A stretch of DNA of 33,929 nt from Bacteroidales bacterium (GCA_036171035.1 JAVHQG010000317.1:1-33929); one strand, 5' to 3'; shown: positions 6,659-17,702, counted from the stretch's first letter. Notes: generated by a model from the sequence alone, not told the origin. Numbers and translations: made by a program.

Positions 6659-7969
6659 TCAATGATTTTCCTTGAATGCGTTTAATCTTTGTGCCAAAAC
6701 CTCGAATTGGTTTCTTTGAATCAACGACACACATGCTCTGATTCCTTCTGTTCTCTCACTTCCAGTTATAGAGAGCGAAATTGCGCTGATACCATAATAA
6801 AGTAATTCTTTAAGCAACTCATCTCCTGTAAATCCGGGATATGAAACGGTGAAATAAAATCCATCTCCGACAGGTTCATCAATATCTTTATCATAAACTA
6901 TATGAAAACCGTTATCGAGAAACATCTTTTTCAATATTTTTGCACGTTCACCATATTCTCTTATTTCTTTTACAAAATCAAAAGCGCCATCGTTTACGGC
7001 TTTCAAAATTGCAGCCACACCATACTGTGCAGCATGTGAAGTCCCTGCTGTTGTGGCATATACAGTACCAAGAACTAACGAATGTCCAAATTCTGAATAG
7101 GAATAATATTTCAATAAATCATCATGCTCTGAAGCGTATAAAATATCAGATATGGCAAGCATTGCAACACGTTCTCCTGCATAACTAAATGACTTCGATG
7201 TAGAAATCATTAGTATAAAATTATTTGTATATTTTGCAACCGTTGGCTGATATGGTGGCACACCTGGTTTAGATAAATCTTTTCTAAAATCCATTGCAAA
7301 ATAAGCTAAATCTTCAGCAACAACAACGTCATATTTAGTTGCCAATTCGCCTATTATTTGAAGCTCCTCTTCATTAAAGCAAACCCACGATGGATTATTA
7401 GGATTGGAATATAAAATCACAGAAATGTTGCCTTTCTCAAGATACGACTCGAGCTTAGACTTTAATTTAGCTCCTCTGTAATTATATACATCAAATGATT
7501 CCTGATTTAATCCAATCATCTTAACCAATTGCTTATGAACAGGAAAGCCTGGATCAATAAATAAAATGGTATCTTTTTTTGCATTCATTCTACCGGCAAC
7601 CATAAATATTGCATATGCGGCATTGATGGACCCAACAGTTGGAATGCAACACAAATGAGAAACTTCTACCTCCAAAAAGTTCTTAATAAATCGTGATGTT
7701 TCTTTTTTTAGTGCCGGCAAGCCATCAATGTCAGGATAAATGGCAGCTACACCTGCATCAAGTGCTGCTTTTTCAGCCTCAATTGCAATTTTTGGTGTTG
7801 GCAACCCGGGTATGCCCATTTCCATACGAATAAACCGCTGACCACTTTCTTCTTCAATGGTGTTGATAATGCGTTTTATCTCTCTTATTGAGGCTTTCCC
7901 AATATGCTTGATACTTATTTCGCTTAATATTTTATCTATAATCTTACTGTTTATTGGTGTGGCATTCAT
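6659..7969 (-). CDS. PLP-dependent aminotransferase, class I/II
   Basis: YSNPNNP, EDLAY, STSKSFSYAGERVA (PLP lysine), C-terminal GIRAC. Confidence 0.92.
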   Translation of the reverse strand: MNATPINSKIIDKILSEISIKHIGKASIREIKRIINTIEEESGQRFIRMEMGIPGLPTPKIAIEAEKAALDAGVAAIYPDIDGLPALKKETSRFIKNFLEVEVSHLCCIPTVGSINAAYAIFMVAGRMNAKKDTILFIDPGFPVHKQLVKMIGLNQESFDVYNYRGAKLKSKLESYLEKGNISVILYSNPNNPSWVCFNEEELQIIGELATKYDVVVAEDLAYFAMDFRKDLSKPGVPPYQPTVAKYTNNFILMISTSKSFSYAGERVAMLAISDILYASEHDDLLKYYSYSEFGHSLVLGTVYATTAGTSHAAQYGVAAILKAVNDGAFDFVKEIREYGERAKILKKMFLDNGFHIVYDKDIDEPVGDGFYFTVSYPGFTGDELLKELLYYGISAISLSITGSERTEGIRACVSLIQRNQFEVLAQRLNAFKENH

Positions 7970-7994
7970 AGTTTTATTTTTTATTTTTTGAATT

Positions 7995-10517
7995 TTAACA
8001 TTCGTTTATTTTAACTTTCCTGCCTGCTGTAAACGACAATTTATTTGTCCCTTTTACAATGTCATTAGGTGAAACAGCCATCAGTGCAGAAATCCAAATA
8101 TCTTTGGGGATTGCACTAAATGGGGCGATGGTTGACAATAATCCTAGCACAACAACATTCGCCGTTTTTCCTGTTACATCACCTAATTCATATGCAATTT
8201 TATTGGCATCGATTTTAATTATTTTATAATCTTTTAATACCTCGAAAATCTTAACAATATCAGGGTAGTCAGTCTTTTTAGCATTTGATGGTAATGCAGA
8301 AAAATTATTAAAAATTATCGTACCATTAGGTTTTAAAAGATCAAGGAATCCAGGTCTCAATACTTCGCTCACCTCCATTACAATAAGCACATCCACTGAG
8401 CCTGGTGCTAAAACAGGAGAGAAAACCTTACCACAACTAAATGTTGAAATAACAGATCCTCCTAATTGAGCCATGCCGTGAGTATCGCCTTTAATAATAT
8501 TATCATCAGCATATGGCGTTCTTAAAACCACTTCAGACAACACCTTTCCGAAAAATAGATTCCCCTGACCACCAATGCCCCTAATAGCAAGCCTTAGCGA
8601 TTCTTGTAAAGTGTTTTTATCAATTTGTGGAAGATTTATCTCTTCGATTTTTTCAAAATTTGGTAATCTTATTTTTACAGATTCGTTATCTTCCATATTT
8701 ACAATGGCTCCAAATGGGCATCGTTGTTGACAAACAGGAGAGCTACCGGCACAAAAAGAACAAAGATTTGTAAAATTTGGTTTTTTATTTTCATCTGATT
8801 CTATTCCAGGACAGATATTGCATTTTGTACATCTTCTGCAAATTTCGTAATCATGTTTTATTTTGCGGATTTTATTTTTATTTTCTACTTCATGAATGCA
8901 TGCCCCCTCTAATATCATTGTTGTAAAAACACCTTTTTTAGCTAATTCTAACGATTCAATTAATACAGCTTCGACTTCCTTTAAATTATACGAATCAACA
9001 ACAATCAATCGTCCTCCTTCTGCTTCTACTGCACGTTTTAAAATAAATGTGTTAGGCTGTCCTGCAAGGTTTACATTACTGCTTGGAGCAGGTTGTCCAC
9101 CAGTCATTGCTGTTATTGAATTATCTAATATCACTTTTATTCCAGCGGTGTGCCTGAATATTGCATTTCTGGTTGCATCAAGACCACTGTGGCACTCGCA
9201 TGAGTCGCCTATGATGCTGATGGTTTTTGCAGCATATTCCGGTCGCGACAAAACAAAACCTTGTCTCAAATTATCTGATGCACCCATGCAGCACACTGTA
9301 TCTAAAGCATTTAAAAAGAATAAAAGCGTTGAGCAACCAATATCCCCAAATGCAGCAAATATCTTTTTTTGTTTCTTTAATTTATCAACACTTAAAGCAA
9401 AGGCTTTATAAGGGCAACCCGGACAAATAGATGGAGGTCTGCTTAATGAATTAAGTTCTATTTTCTTTTTTAATGATGAAAAATTAAAATCGAGATGTTT
9501 TGACAGATTTTCTAATACAAGTTCAGGTGTCCAGTCTGTTATCACGCTATCCTCGTCCTTACCTATCACAGGGATTGATAGTAGTCTGATCTTATTCTCA
9601 ATATATCTGTCGCCGTCCTCAAATACAAATATTTTTCCTGTTATTTTTGAAGCGAAGTTTTTAATCGAATCATTCGGCAATGGATATGTCATACCCAATG
9701 AGAGGATGGATGGTTTTCTTTTGATATTATCTAATGCTTCCCTAACAATTATCTCACTTTCACCAGATACTATTATTCCCCAATCTTCAACATTATTCTC
9801 TTCATTTACCAATTCAGATTTTTCAAGCCATTTTCTAATATTTGGTATTCGTTCTTGTGTTGCATAATTATAATTTATGCGTGCAATTCCAGGCAGAAGC
9901 ATCCATGAATGAAGTTTTTCTGGCAGTTCTCTTCGTATAACAATCCTTGGTTCTTGTGTTACAACAAGGGCTTCAGAGTGAGCTAATATCCCGGAAACAA
10001 GTACAGCCACCGGAGTTCTGAATTTTCTACTTATATCAGCAGCACGCCATGCTGATTGGTACAAATCCTGATGATTTCTTGGTTCAATTACAGGTATTCT
10101 ACAAGAGTCGAAAAAATATCTTACATCAATTACATGCTGTGTACTGGAAGGAACATAATCGGTAGCAGCATAAATAACCAAAGCACCAGCTTCTGCCGTA
10201 TAGAATGCAGAAGTGGAAATTACATCGCCTGCTTGAAAAACCCCTGGTATTTTCATTGTTACAACAACATCTGAACCTGCAATTGCATGTCCAACGGCTA
10301 CTCCAACAGCCACAGCTTCATTCACTGACCAGCCTACAACCATCTTATTTTGTACATGTTTTAAGCATTTATCTATTACTTCGGTGCTTGGTGTGCCCGG
10401 ATACCCATCTGCTGCATGATAGCCTGCATGCACCACTCCCAATGCAAATGCTTCGTTTCCTTGAAGAATAAATTTACTTCCTGCTTTAGATTCTACAATA
10501 TCATTGAATTGCGACAT
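7995..10517 (-). CDS. iorA: Indolepyruvate:ferredoxin oxidoreductase, alpha-beta fusion (IorA-IorB)
   Basis: LQGNEA, GYPGTPSTE, SVNE, RPPSICPGCP, GDIGC, TPP motif GDS...LDNSITAMTGGQP, two 4Fe-4S motifs, then IorB-like GIGGQG...HGMAQLGGSV...ANVVVLG in the same frame. Confidence 0.88.
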   Translation of the reverse strand: MSQFNDIVESKAGSKFILQGNEAFALGVVHAGYHAADGYPGTPSTEVIDKCLKHVQNKMVVGWSVNEAVAVGVAVGHAIAGSDVVVTMKIPGVFQAGDVISTSAFYTAEAGALVIYAATDYVPSSTQHVIDVRYFFDSCRIPVIEPRNHQDLYQSAWRAADISRKFRTPVAVLVSGILAHSEALVVTQEPRIVIRRELPEKLHSWMLLPGIARINYNYATQERIPNIRKWLEKSELVNEENNVEDWGIIVSGESEIIVREALDNIKRKPSILSLGMTYPLPNDSIKNFASKITGKIFVFEDGDRYIENKIRLLSIPVIGKDEDSVITDWTPELVLENLSKHLDFNFSSLKKKIELNSLSRPPSICPGCPYKAFALSVDKLKKQKKIFAAFGDIGCSTLLFFLNALDTVCCMGASDNLRQGFVLSRPEYAAKTISIIGDSCECHSGLDATRNAIFRHTAGIKVILDNSITAMTGGQPAPSSNVNLAGQPNTFILKRAVEAEGGRLIVVDSYNLKEVEAVLIESLELAKKGVFTTMILEGACIHEVENKNKIRKIKHDYEICRRCTKCNICPGIESDENKKPNFTNLCSFCAGSSPVCQQRCPFGAIVNMEDNESVKIRLPNFEKIEEINLPQIDKNTLQESLRLAIRGIGGQGNLFFGKVLSEVVLRTPYADDNIIKGDTHGMAQLGGSVISTFSCGKVFSPVLAPGSVDVLIVMEVSEVLRPGFLDLLKPNGTIIFNNFSALPSNAKKTDYPDIVKIFEVLKDYKIIKIDANKIAYELGDVTGKTANVVVLGLLSTIAPFSAIPKDIWISALMAVSPNDIVKGTNKLSFTAGRKVKINEC

Positions 10518-10548
10518 GTAACTTTTCTCCTTTATTTAGTTTTAAATT

Positions 10549-12606
10549 TTACTTTTCGATTCTTATTCTTGCATCAACTGCTACTACTTTATCTCTTTTC
10601 CCTAGTAACGGATTTAAATCCATTTCAAGAATTTCCGGCGCTACGCTTACAAGAGCTGATAATCTAATTAATATATCAGAAAAAATATCTTCATTAACAC
10701 CTTCTTGACCTCTTACTCCCTTAATGATTCCATAGCTTTTAAGCGATCTGATCATACGTGTAGCTTCTTCTTTACACAATGGTGCGAGTCCATAATTAAC
10801 ATCTTTTAAAACCTCAATAAATATACCACCTAACCCACATAAAATTGTATGACCAAATTTGTCTTCTTTTTTCGCTCCAGCAAATAATTCTATACCTGAT
10901 AACATAGGCTGAATTAGAATAGCAAACGTGTCTTTTATTTTCATCATTCTTTCAAATTCAGAAGCCACTTTTTGAGCATCTAAAACATTTAGCACAACAC
11001 CGCCTACATCCGATTTGTGAACAGGTCCAACAACTTTCATTACCACCGGAAAACCTAATCTTCCGGCAGCCACAATCGCATCTTCTTTATTATCAACAAC
11101 AGCTTCTCCTGCTCTTGGAATACCTACTGCATCAAGCAATGCTTGTACATCCATAGGTAATAAATAGCCATTACCGGATTTATCAATAATCTCTCGTACT
11201 TTTTTTATTTCAATTTTAGGTAATTCAATTTTTTCTTTGACGGGATTAGATGTATTATAAATTTTTACCAAGCCATTGCCTAATGCCACTTCGTCGGGGA
11301 AATTTATTCGCCCTAATGAAAGAAAATCTTCTATCTCGTTTTTTGCATTTATAATAGATGGCAAAACCGGATAAATTGGTTTTTTACATGTCTTCATTTT
11401 TTCATCTAGCAGCCTGTAAACATCAAATACTTCAAACAATCCCGGATTTCCAAATATTACAATCATTGCATCAATTATTGTAAATTCGTTCTCGCAATAA
11501 TCAATAATTTTCCCTAATTGTTCGGCTGTGCCGGTTGCTAAAAAATCAATAGGGTTGTTAACCGATGAACCTGGATATAAATGTTCAAGCAAGTCTTTAG
11601 CTTTTTCCCCTTCAATATGTGGAATTTCGAGCCCTCCGTTTGATAATGAATCAGTAAGCATAACTGCAGGGCCACCAGCATGTGTGATAATTGCTATGTT
11701 TTTTCCCGTTAATTTTTTATGTAAAAAAATAGATGCAACAGTAGTCAACTCATCTCTTCCAAAGCATCGTACAATGCCCGCTTTACGAAACAATGCATCA
11801 ATAGCAACATCTGGTGTAGCAAGGGCACCTGTATGCGAAGAAGCAGCTCGGCTTCCAGCTTTTGAAGAACCTGATTTTATAGCAGCAATTTTACACCCTT
11901 TTCTAACAAGTGAAGCTGCATGTTTCAGCAGCATTCCGGGATCTTTAACATTTTCAATATACATCAGTTTAACCGATGAGCTATATTTAGGATCGTAGCT
12001 TTCGTCTAAATATTTTAACACTTCTTCAACTCCCATTTGTGCTGAATTTCCAACAGAATAGACGCTTGAAAATGTAAGTCCTTTTGGTATTCCTGATTCC
12101 ATGATAAACACAGCTGTTGCTCCTGAACCAGAAATCAAATCGCATCCTTTTGGGTCAAGTTTTGGAATTGGTGTTGTAAAAACACCACTGTAGTTCGGAT
12201 TTAAAAACCCAATGCAATTAGGACCTATCAGGCAGGCATCAACAGAATTAATAATTTCAACAATATGCTTTTCTAGCTTTGCCCCATCTTTATTTTCCTC
12301 ACTAAAACCAGCTGAAAGAATAATAAATGCTCGTGTGTTCTTCTGCCGGGCTAAAATATCGACTGCTTCTATGCAATATTTTGCAGCAATAGCAATAATG
12401 GCCAAGTCAACTTGAGGTAATTCACTTACCGATGTATATGTTTTTACGCCCTGAACATCAGCTTCTTTGGGATTTACCACAAATAAATCACCTTTAAAAT
12501 GGCCATCTTTTAAATTCAATAAAACCTTGCCTCCAGGTTTACTTATATTATTGGATCCACCTACTATTACTATGCTCTTTGGATTTATCAATTGAGTTGT
12601 TATCAT
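10549..12606 (-). CDS. ADP-forming acyl-CoA synthetase (acetate--CoA ligase family, alpha-beta fusion)
   Basis: CoA-binding N-terminus, IGPNCIG, AASSHTGAL (phospho-His), ATP-grasp GFPVVMKV...HKSDVGGV, EMDLNPL...AVDARI. No GNAT domain. Confidence 0.92.
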   Translation of the reverse strand: MITTQLINPKSIVIVGGSNNISKPGGKVLLNLKDGHFKGDLFVVNPKEADVQGVKTYTSVSELPQVDLAIIAIAAKYCIEAVDILARQKNTRAFIILSAGFSEENKDGAKLEKHIVEIINSVDACLIGPNCIGFLNPNYSGVFTTPIPKLDPKGCDLISGSGATAVFIMESGIPKGLTFSSVYSVGNSAQMGVEEVLKYLDESYDPKYSSSVKLMYIENVKDPGMLLKHAASLVRKGCKIAAIKSGSSKAGSRAASSHTGALATPDVAIDALFRKAGIVRCFGRDELTTVASIFLHKKLTGKNIAIITHAGGPAVMLTDSLSNGGLEIPHIEGEKAKDLLEHLYPGSSVNNPIDFLATGTAEQLGKIIDYCENEFTIIDAMIVIFGNPGLFEVFDVYRLLDEKMKTCKKPIYPVLPSIINAKNEIEDFLSLGRINFPDEVALGNGLVKIYNTSNPVKEKIELPKIEIKKVREIIDKSGNGYLLPMDVQALLDAVGIPRAGEAVVDNKEDAIVAAGRLGFPVVMKVVGPVHKSDVGGVVLNVLDAQKVASEFERMMKIKDTFAILIQPMLSGIELFAGAKKEDKFGHTILCGLGGIFIEVLKDVNYGLAPLCKEEATRMIRSLKSYGIIKGVRGQEGVNEDIFSDILIRLSALVSVAPEILEMDLNPLLGKRDKVVAVDARIRIEK

Positions 12607-12806
12607 ATAAAATAAATAATAAATATTTATAAATATTAATCATAAAATAAAAATACAGGAAATAAATGCTTTGGAATGAAAGCAAAAGATTATGCAAGAG
12701 AAATAAAGTAGTCTCTATTCTTAATGTTTCTATATAAGAATTTTACAGATATGCGGTATTTGAATAGCCTAAACATTACAAAATAATATACTTATATAAG
12801 TTATTA

Positions 12807-12838
12807 CAAACTTAAACGTTCTAAATGAAACATACAAA
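12807..12838 (-). promoter_or_regulatory. Bacteroidota sigma-A-type promoter of the acyl-CoA synthetase/ior/aminotransferase operon
   Basis: Minus strand TTTG (12835-12838), N20, TAAGTTTG (12807-12814). Implies a leader of about 190 nt. Confidence 0.6.
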
Positions 12839-12889
12839 ATAATATGGTGAATTTTTAACACATATGATAAAATTTATTTCAAAAAAGTA

Positions 12890-12928
12890 AAAAAACAAAA
12901 TAGGCTGAAAGATTACCTCCATCAGCCC
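12890..12928 (-). terminator. Rho-independent terminator after eno
   Basis: Minus strand GGGCTGA...TCAGCCT stem (12903-12908 with 12922-12927) followed by ATTTTGTTTTTT. Confidence 0.7.
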
Positions 12929-12953
12929 ATTTTAAAATATTATATCAAGAAAT

Positions 12954-14282
<1,329 letters not shown>

Positions 14283-14293
14283 CTAAAATAAAT

Positions 14294-14328
14294 AAAAAAA
14301 AAGGACAAAGTAAAACTTTATCCCTTTT
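14294..14328 (-). terminator. Rho-independent terminator after rplQ
   Basis: Minus strand GGGATAAAG-TTTTA-CTTTGTCCT followed by a long T run. Confidence 0.75.
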
Positions 14329-14349
14329 GTTAAATATGTTTTTTAAATG

Positions 14350-14949
14350 CTACTCTGCACTTTCATCTTTCTTTTTCTTTGGAGCTTTCACCTTTGTAGT
14401 ATCAGTTGAATCAGCAGTCTTTTTAACTCTTGGAGTTTTAGCCTTTGTAACTTTTTTAACTTCTTCAACACCCGTATTTTCTATTATTGTAGCATCGGTC
14501 ACTACTTCTTTTTTCTTTGCAGCAGATCTTCTGCGTCTAGTTGATTTTTCTTTAACATCAGCCTTTTTAGTAGTTGCAGCTAGCATATTTTCATTATAAT
14601 CAACAAGCTCAATGATGCACATATCCGAATTATCTCCCATTCTATTACCAATTCGTAAAATTCTAGTATAACCACCTGGTCTATTGGCAACTTTAAGTGC
14701 GATTTCTCTATACAATTCAATTACAGCTTCTTTGTTTTTCAAATAACTAAAAACTATTCTTCTTGAATGTGTCGAATCGTCTTTCGATCTTGTAATAAGT
14801 GGTTCAACATATTTCTTCAACTCTTTTGCTTTTGCAACAGTTGTTTCAATTCTCTTATGTAATAATAGAGATGTAGCAATATTTGCAAGCATTGCTTTTC
14901 TATGGGGACTAGTTCTTCCTAAATGATTTACTGTATTACCGTGTCTCAT
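14350..14949 (-). CDS. rplQ: 50S ribosomal protein L17 with Lys/Thr-rich C-terminal extension
   Basis: MRHG...HRKAMLAN...[11 protein letters not shown]...RPGGYTRI; last gene of the alpha operon. Confidence 0.98.
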   Translation of the reverse strand: MRHGNTVNHLGRTSPHRKAMLANIATSLLLHKRIETTVAKAKELKKYVEPLITRSKDDSTHSRRIVFSYLKNKEAVIELYREIALKVANRPGGYTRILRIGNRMGDNSDMCIIELVDYNENMLAATTKKADVKEKSTRRRRSAAKKKEVVTDATIIENTGVEEVKKVTKAKTPRVKKTADSTDTTKVKAPKKKKDESAE

Positions 14950-14954
14950 TGTTT

Positions 14955-14989
14955 ATTTACGATTTACGATTTAGATTTTTAGATTTAGA
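14955..14989. repeat. Degenerate heptamer array (5 units)
   Basis: ATTTACG ATTTACG ATTTAGA TTTTTAG ATTTAGA, ending 5 nt before the rplQ ATG. Confidence 0.75.
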
Positions 14990-15028
14990 AATAAAATTCT
15001 TAATCCAATTTTGCTAAATTCTTATTTA

Positions 15029-16021
15029 TTATTCTTTATCTAATTTATATTTTAAAATATCCATCCCAAATGTCAAATTCATTGACTGTAGAAGTTCTTC
15101 CAATTCTGTAAGAGATTTTTTTCCAAAATTTCTAAACTTTAAAAGATCATTTTTATTAAAAGTACATAAATCACCTAAAGTTTCAACGTCTGCTGCTTTT
15201 AAGCAATTCAGTGCTCTCACTGAAAGATCCATATCAACTAACTTAGTTTTTAAAAGTTGGCGCATATGAAGAACTTCTTCATCAAACTCTTCATTTTCAT
15301 AACTTTCATCTGTATCCAATGTAATCTTTTCATCAGAAAACAACATGAAATGATAAATTAAAATTTTAGCTGCTTCTTTTAAAGCATCTTTAGGGTGAAT
15401 AGAACCATCAGTTTTAATTTCCATTACTAACTTTTCATAGTCAGTTTTTTGTTCAACCCTTATGTTCTCAATTTGATAATTTACATTTTTAATTGGAGTA
15501 AAAATGGAACTAATAGGAATAACTCCAAATTCGGCTTCCAATAATCTGTTTTCTTCAGATGCAACATATCCCCTACCTTTACTTATGTTTATCTCCATTT
15601 GTAATTTCACCTTTGAATCAAGGTGACAAATAATTAGTTCGGGATTTAAAATTTTAAACCCAATAAGAAATTTCCCTATATCACCAGCAGTAAATGTTTC
15701 GTGTCCTGCAATATTAATCGTAGCTTTTTCATTATCAACTCCGTCAATCTGCCTTTTAAATCGGACTTGTTTTAAGTTCAAAACAATTTCTGTAACATCC
15801 TCTACAACACCTTTTATTGTTGAGAATTCTTGCTCAACACCTTCTATTTTTATAGAGACAATTGCATACCCTTCAAGTGATGAAAGAAGAATTCTTCTTA
15901 ATGCATTCCCAACAGTAATGGCGTAACCAGGTTCAAGAGGACGAAATTCAAACTTCCCATACTGTTCGTCAGCCTCAACCATTACAACTTTGTCAGGTTT
16001 CTGAAATGCTAATATTGCCAT
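15029..16021 (-). CDS. rpoA: RNA polymerase subunit alpha
   Basis: [51 protein letters not shown]. Confidence 0.99.
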   Translation of the reverse strand: MAILAFQKPDKVVMVEADEQYGKFEFRPLEPGYAITVGNALRRILLSSLEGYAIVSIKIEGVEQEFSTIKGVVEDVTEIVLNLKQVRFKRQIDGVDNEKATINIAGHETFTAGDIGKFLIGFKILNPELIICHLDSKVKLQMEINISKGRGYVASEENRLLEAEFGVIPISSIFTPIKNVNYQIENIRVEQKTDYEKLVMEIKTDGSIHPKDALKEAAKILIYHFMLFSDEKITLDTDESYENEEFDEEVLHMRQLLKTKLVDMDLSVRALNCLKAADVETLGDLCTFNKNDLLKFRNFGKKSLTELEELLQSMNLTFGMDILKYKLDKE

Positions 16022-16025
16022 ATTT

Positions 16026-16053
16026 ATTTACGTTTTACGTTTTAAATTTTACA
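16026..16053. repeat. Degenerate heptamer array (4 units)
   Basis: ATTTACG TTTTACG TTTTAAA TTTTACA, ending 4 nt before the rpoA ATG. Confidence 0.7.
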
Positions 16054-16084
16054 AAAGAAATCTAGAATTAAAAGAAGTATTTCT

Positions 16085-16690
16085 TTATTTGGAATATAAT
16101 TCAACAATAAGTTGTTCTTTGATGTTTTCTGGAATTTCTTCTCTTGCCGGCATATTCATAAACTTACCTGAAAGTAAGCTACCGTCCCATTCTAACCATG
16201 AATATCTATTTCCTCTCCCTTCGAGAGAACTCGTAATTACTTCTAAAGATCTAGATCTTTCCCTCACAGCTACTATATCTCCAGCTTTTAATAATGATGA
16301 TGAAACATTTAAAACTTTTCCATTCACGGTTATATGCCGATGAGACACAAGTTGCCTAGCGGCATCTCTTGTTGGTGCAATGCCAAGTCTAAAAACAACA
16401 TTATCTAACCTTGATTCTAAAAATTGAAGTAAAACTTCGCCTGTAATACCTTTTTTACTAGCTGCTTTTTTAAATAAGTTAGAAAACTGCTTTTCAAGTA
16501 CACCATAAGTATATTTTACTTTTTGTTTTTCTTTTAACTGAACTCCATAAATAGAAGTTTTTTTCCGTTTTGCAGATGCCCCATGAAATCCGGGAGGATT
16601 GCTACCCTTATCAAATCTTTTATCTGGTCCGTAAATAGCTTCTCCAAATCTTCTAGCTATTCTTGTCTTTGGTCCAATGTATCTTGCCAT
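16085..16690 (-). CDS. rpsD: 30S ribosomal protein S4 (no Zn motif)
   Basis: [37 protein letters not shown]. Confidence 0.99.
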   Translation of the reverse strand: MARYIGPKTRIARRFGEAIYGPDKRFDKGSNPPGFHGASAKRKKTSIYGVQLKEKQKVKYTYGVLEKQFSNLFKKAASKKGITGEVLLQFLESRLDNVVFRLGIAPTRDAARQLVSHRHITVNGKVLNVSSSLLKAGDIVAVRERSRSLEVITSSLEGRGNRYSWLEWDGSLLSGKFMNMPAREEIPENIKEQLIVELYSK

Positions 16691-16692
16691 TT

Positions 16693-16748
16693 TTTTAAAT
16701 TTTAAAATTTGAATTATTAAATTTTGAATAGATTACTAATAATTCAAA
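16693..16748. repeat. Heptamer array plus 12-bp inverted repeat between rpsK and rpsD
   Basis: TTTTAAA TTTTAAA ATTTGAA TTATTAA ATTTTGA (16693-16727). TTTGAATTATTA (16708-16719) pairs with TAATAATTCAAA (16737-16748). Confidence 0.6.
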
Positions 16749-16772
16749 ATTTACAATAATAATAAATAATTT

Positions 16773-17162
16773 TTATACTCTTCTTCTTTTAGGAGCTCTG
16801 CAACCATTGTGTGGAAGTGGAGTAACATCAACGATTTCCGTAACTTCTATACCACTATTGTTAATTGTTCGGATTGCAGATTCTCTACCAGAGCCTGGAC
16901 CTTTAACAAATACCTTAACTTTACGTAAACCTTGGTCAAAAGCTACCTTAGAGCAATCTTCAGCTGATACTTGAGCAGCATAAGGAGTATTTTTCTTTGA
17001 TCCTCTAAATCCTTTTTTTCCTGATGAAGACCAAGATATTACTTGTCCTTCTGAATTTGTCAGTGTAACAATAATATTATTAAACGATGAATGGATATGA
17101 GCCTGCCCCATTGGCTCAACTTTAACAACTTTTTTCTTTGTGACTTTTGCCTTTTTTGCCAT
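16773..17162 (-). CDS. rpsK: 30S ribosomal protein S11
   Basis: [36 protein letters not shown]. Start set at ATG 17162. Confidence 0.99.
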   Translation of the reverse strand: MAKKAKVTKKKVVKVEPMGQAHIHSSFNNIIVTLTNSEGQVISWSSSGKKGFRGSKKNTPYAAQVSAEDCSKVAFDQGLRKVKVFVKGPGSGRESAIRTINNSGIEVTEIVDVTPLPHNGCRAPKRRRV

Positions 17163-17175
17163 AACTAACAATTAA

Positions 17176-17553
17176 TTATTTAGTAGCTTTCTTTTTATTT
17201 GCAACTGTTTTCTTTTTTCCTCTCCTTGTTCTTGCATTTGTTCTTGTCCGTTGTCCCCTTACAGGCAACCCAAGCCGATGCCTTACACCTCTGTAGCAAT
17301 TCACATCAAGAAGTCTCTTAATGCTTAACTGGGTTTGCGAGCGAAGCTCTCCTTCCAAAGTACAAGTTGCAGTGATTGTTGCACGAATAGCAGACATATG
17401 CTCATCCGTCCAATCTTTCACTTTTATTTCCTTGTCAACACCGGACTGTTTTAAAATTCTAACAGCAGTGCTTCTGCCTATCCCGAAGATATAGGTTAGT
17501 GCGATTTCGCCTCTTTTATTATCAGGAATATCTACACCTGCGATTCTAGCCAT
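17176..17553 (-). CDS. rpsM: 30S ribosomal protein S13
   Basis: [27 protein letters not shown]. Confidence 0.99.
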   Translation of the reverse strand: MARIAGVDIPDNKRGEIALTYIFGIGRSTAVRILKQSGVDKEIKVKDWTDEHMSAIRATITATCTLEGELRSQTQLSIKRLLDVNCYRGVRHRLGLPVRGQRTRTNARTRRGKKKTVANKKKATK

Positions 17554-17584
17554 ATTACGATCAATTGTTAAATATTAATTAAAC

Positions 17585-17701
17585 TTAATTTTGACGCATT
17601 TTGTATTTCGGATTCTTTTTATTGATCACATACAATCGTCCATTTCTTCTGACAATTTTACAATCAGGAGTACGCTTCTTTATTGAAGTTTTTACTTTCA
17701 T
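17585..17701 (-). CDS. rpmJ: 50S ribosomal protein L36, Zn-free type (not in ORF track)
   Basis: Translated by hand: [38 protein letters not shown] (38 aa). Lies between infA and rpsM. Confidence 0.97.
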   Translation of the reverse strand: MKVKTSIKKRTPDCKIVRRNGRLYVINKKNPKYKMRQN

Positions 17702-17702
17702 C

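Noticed and set aside
10549-12606. Protein lysine acetyltransferase (Pat/Pka) rather than a ligase
   Set aside because: No GNAT domain, and the catalytic His (SHTG) is retained.
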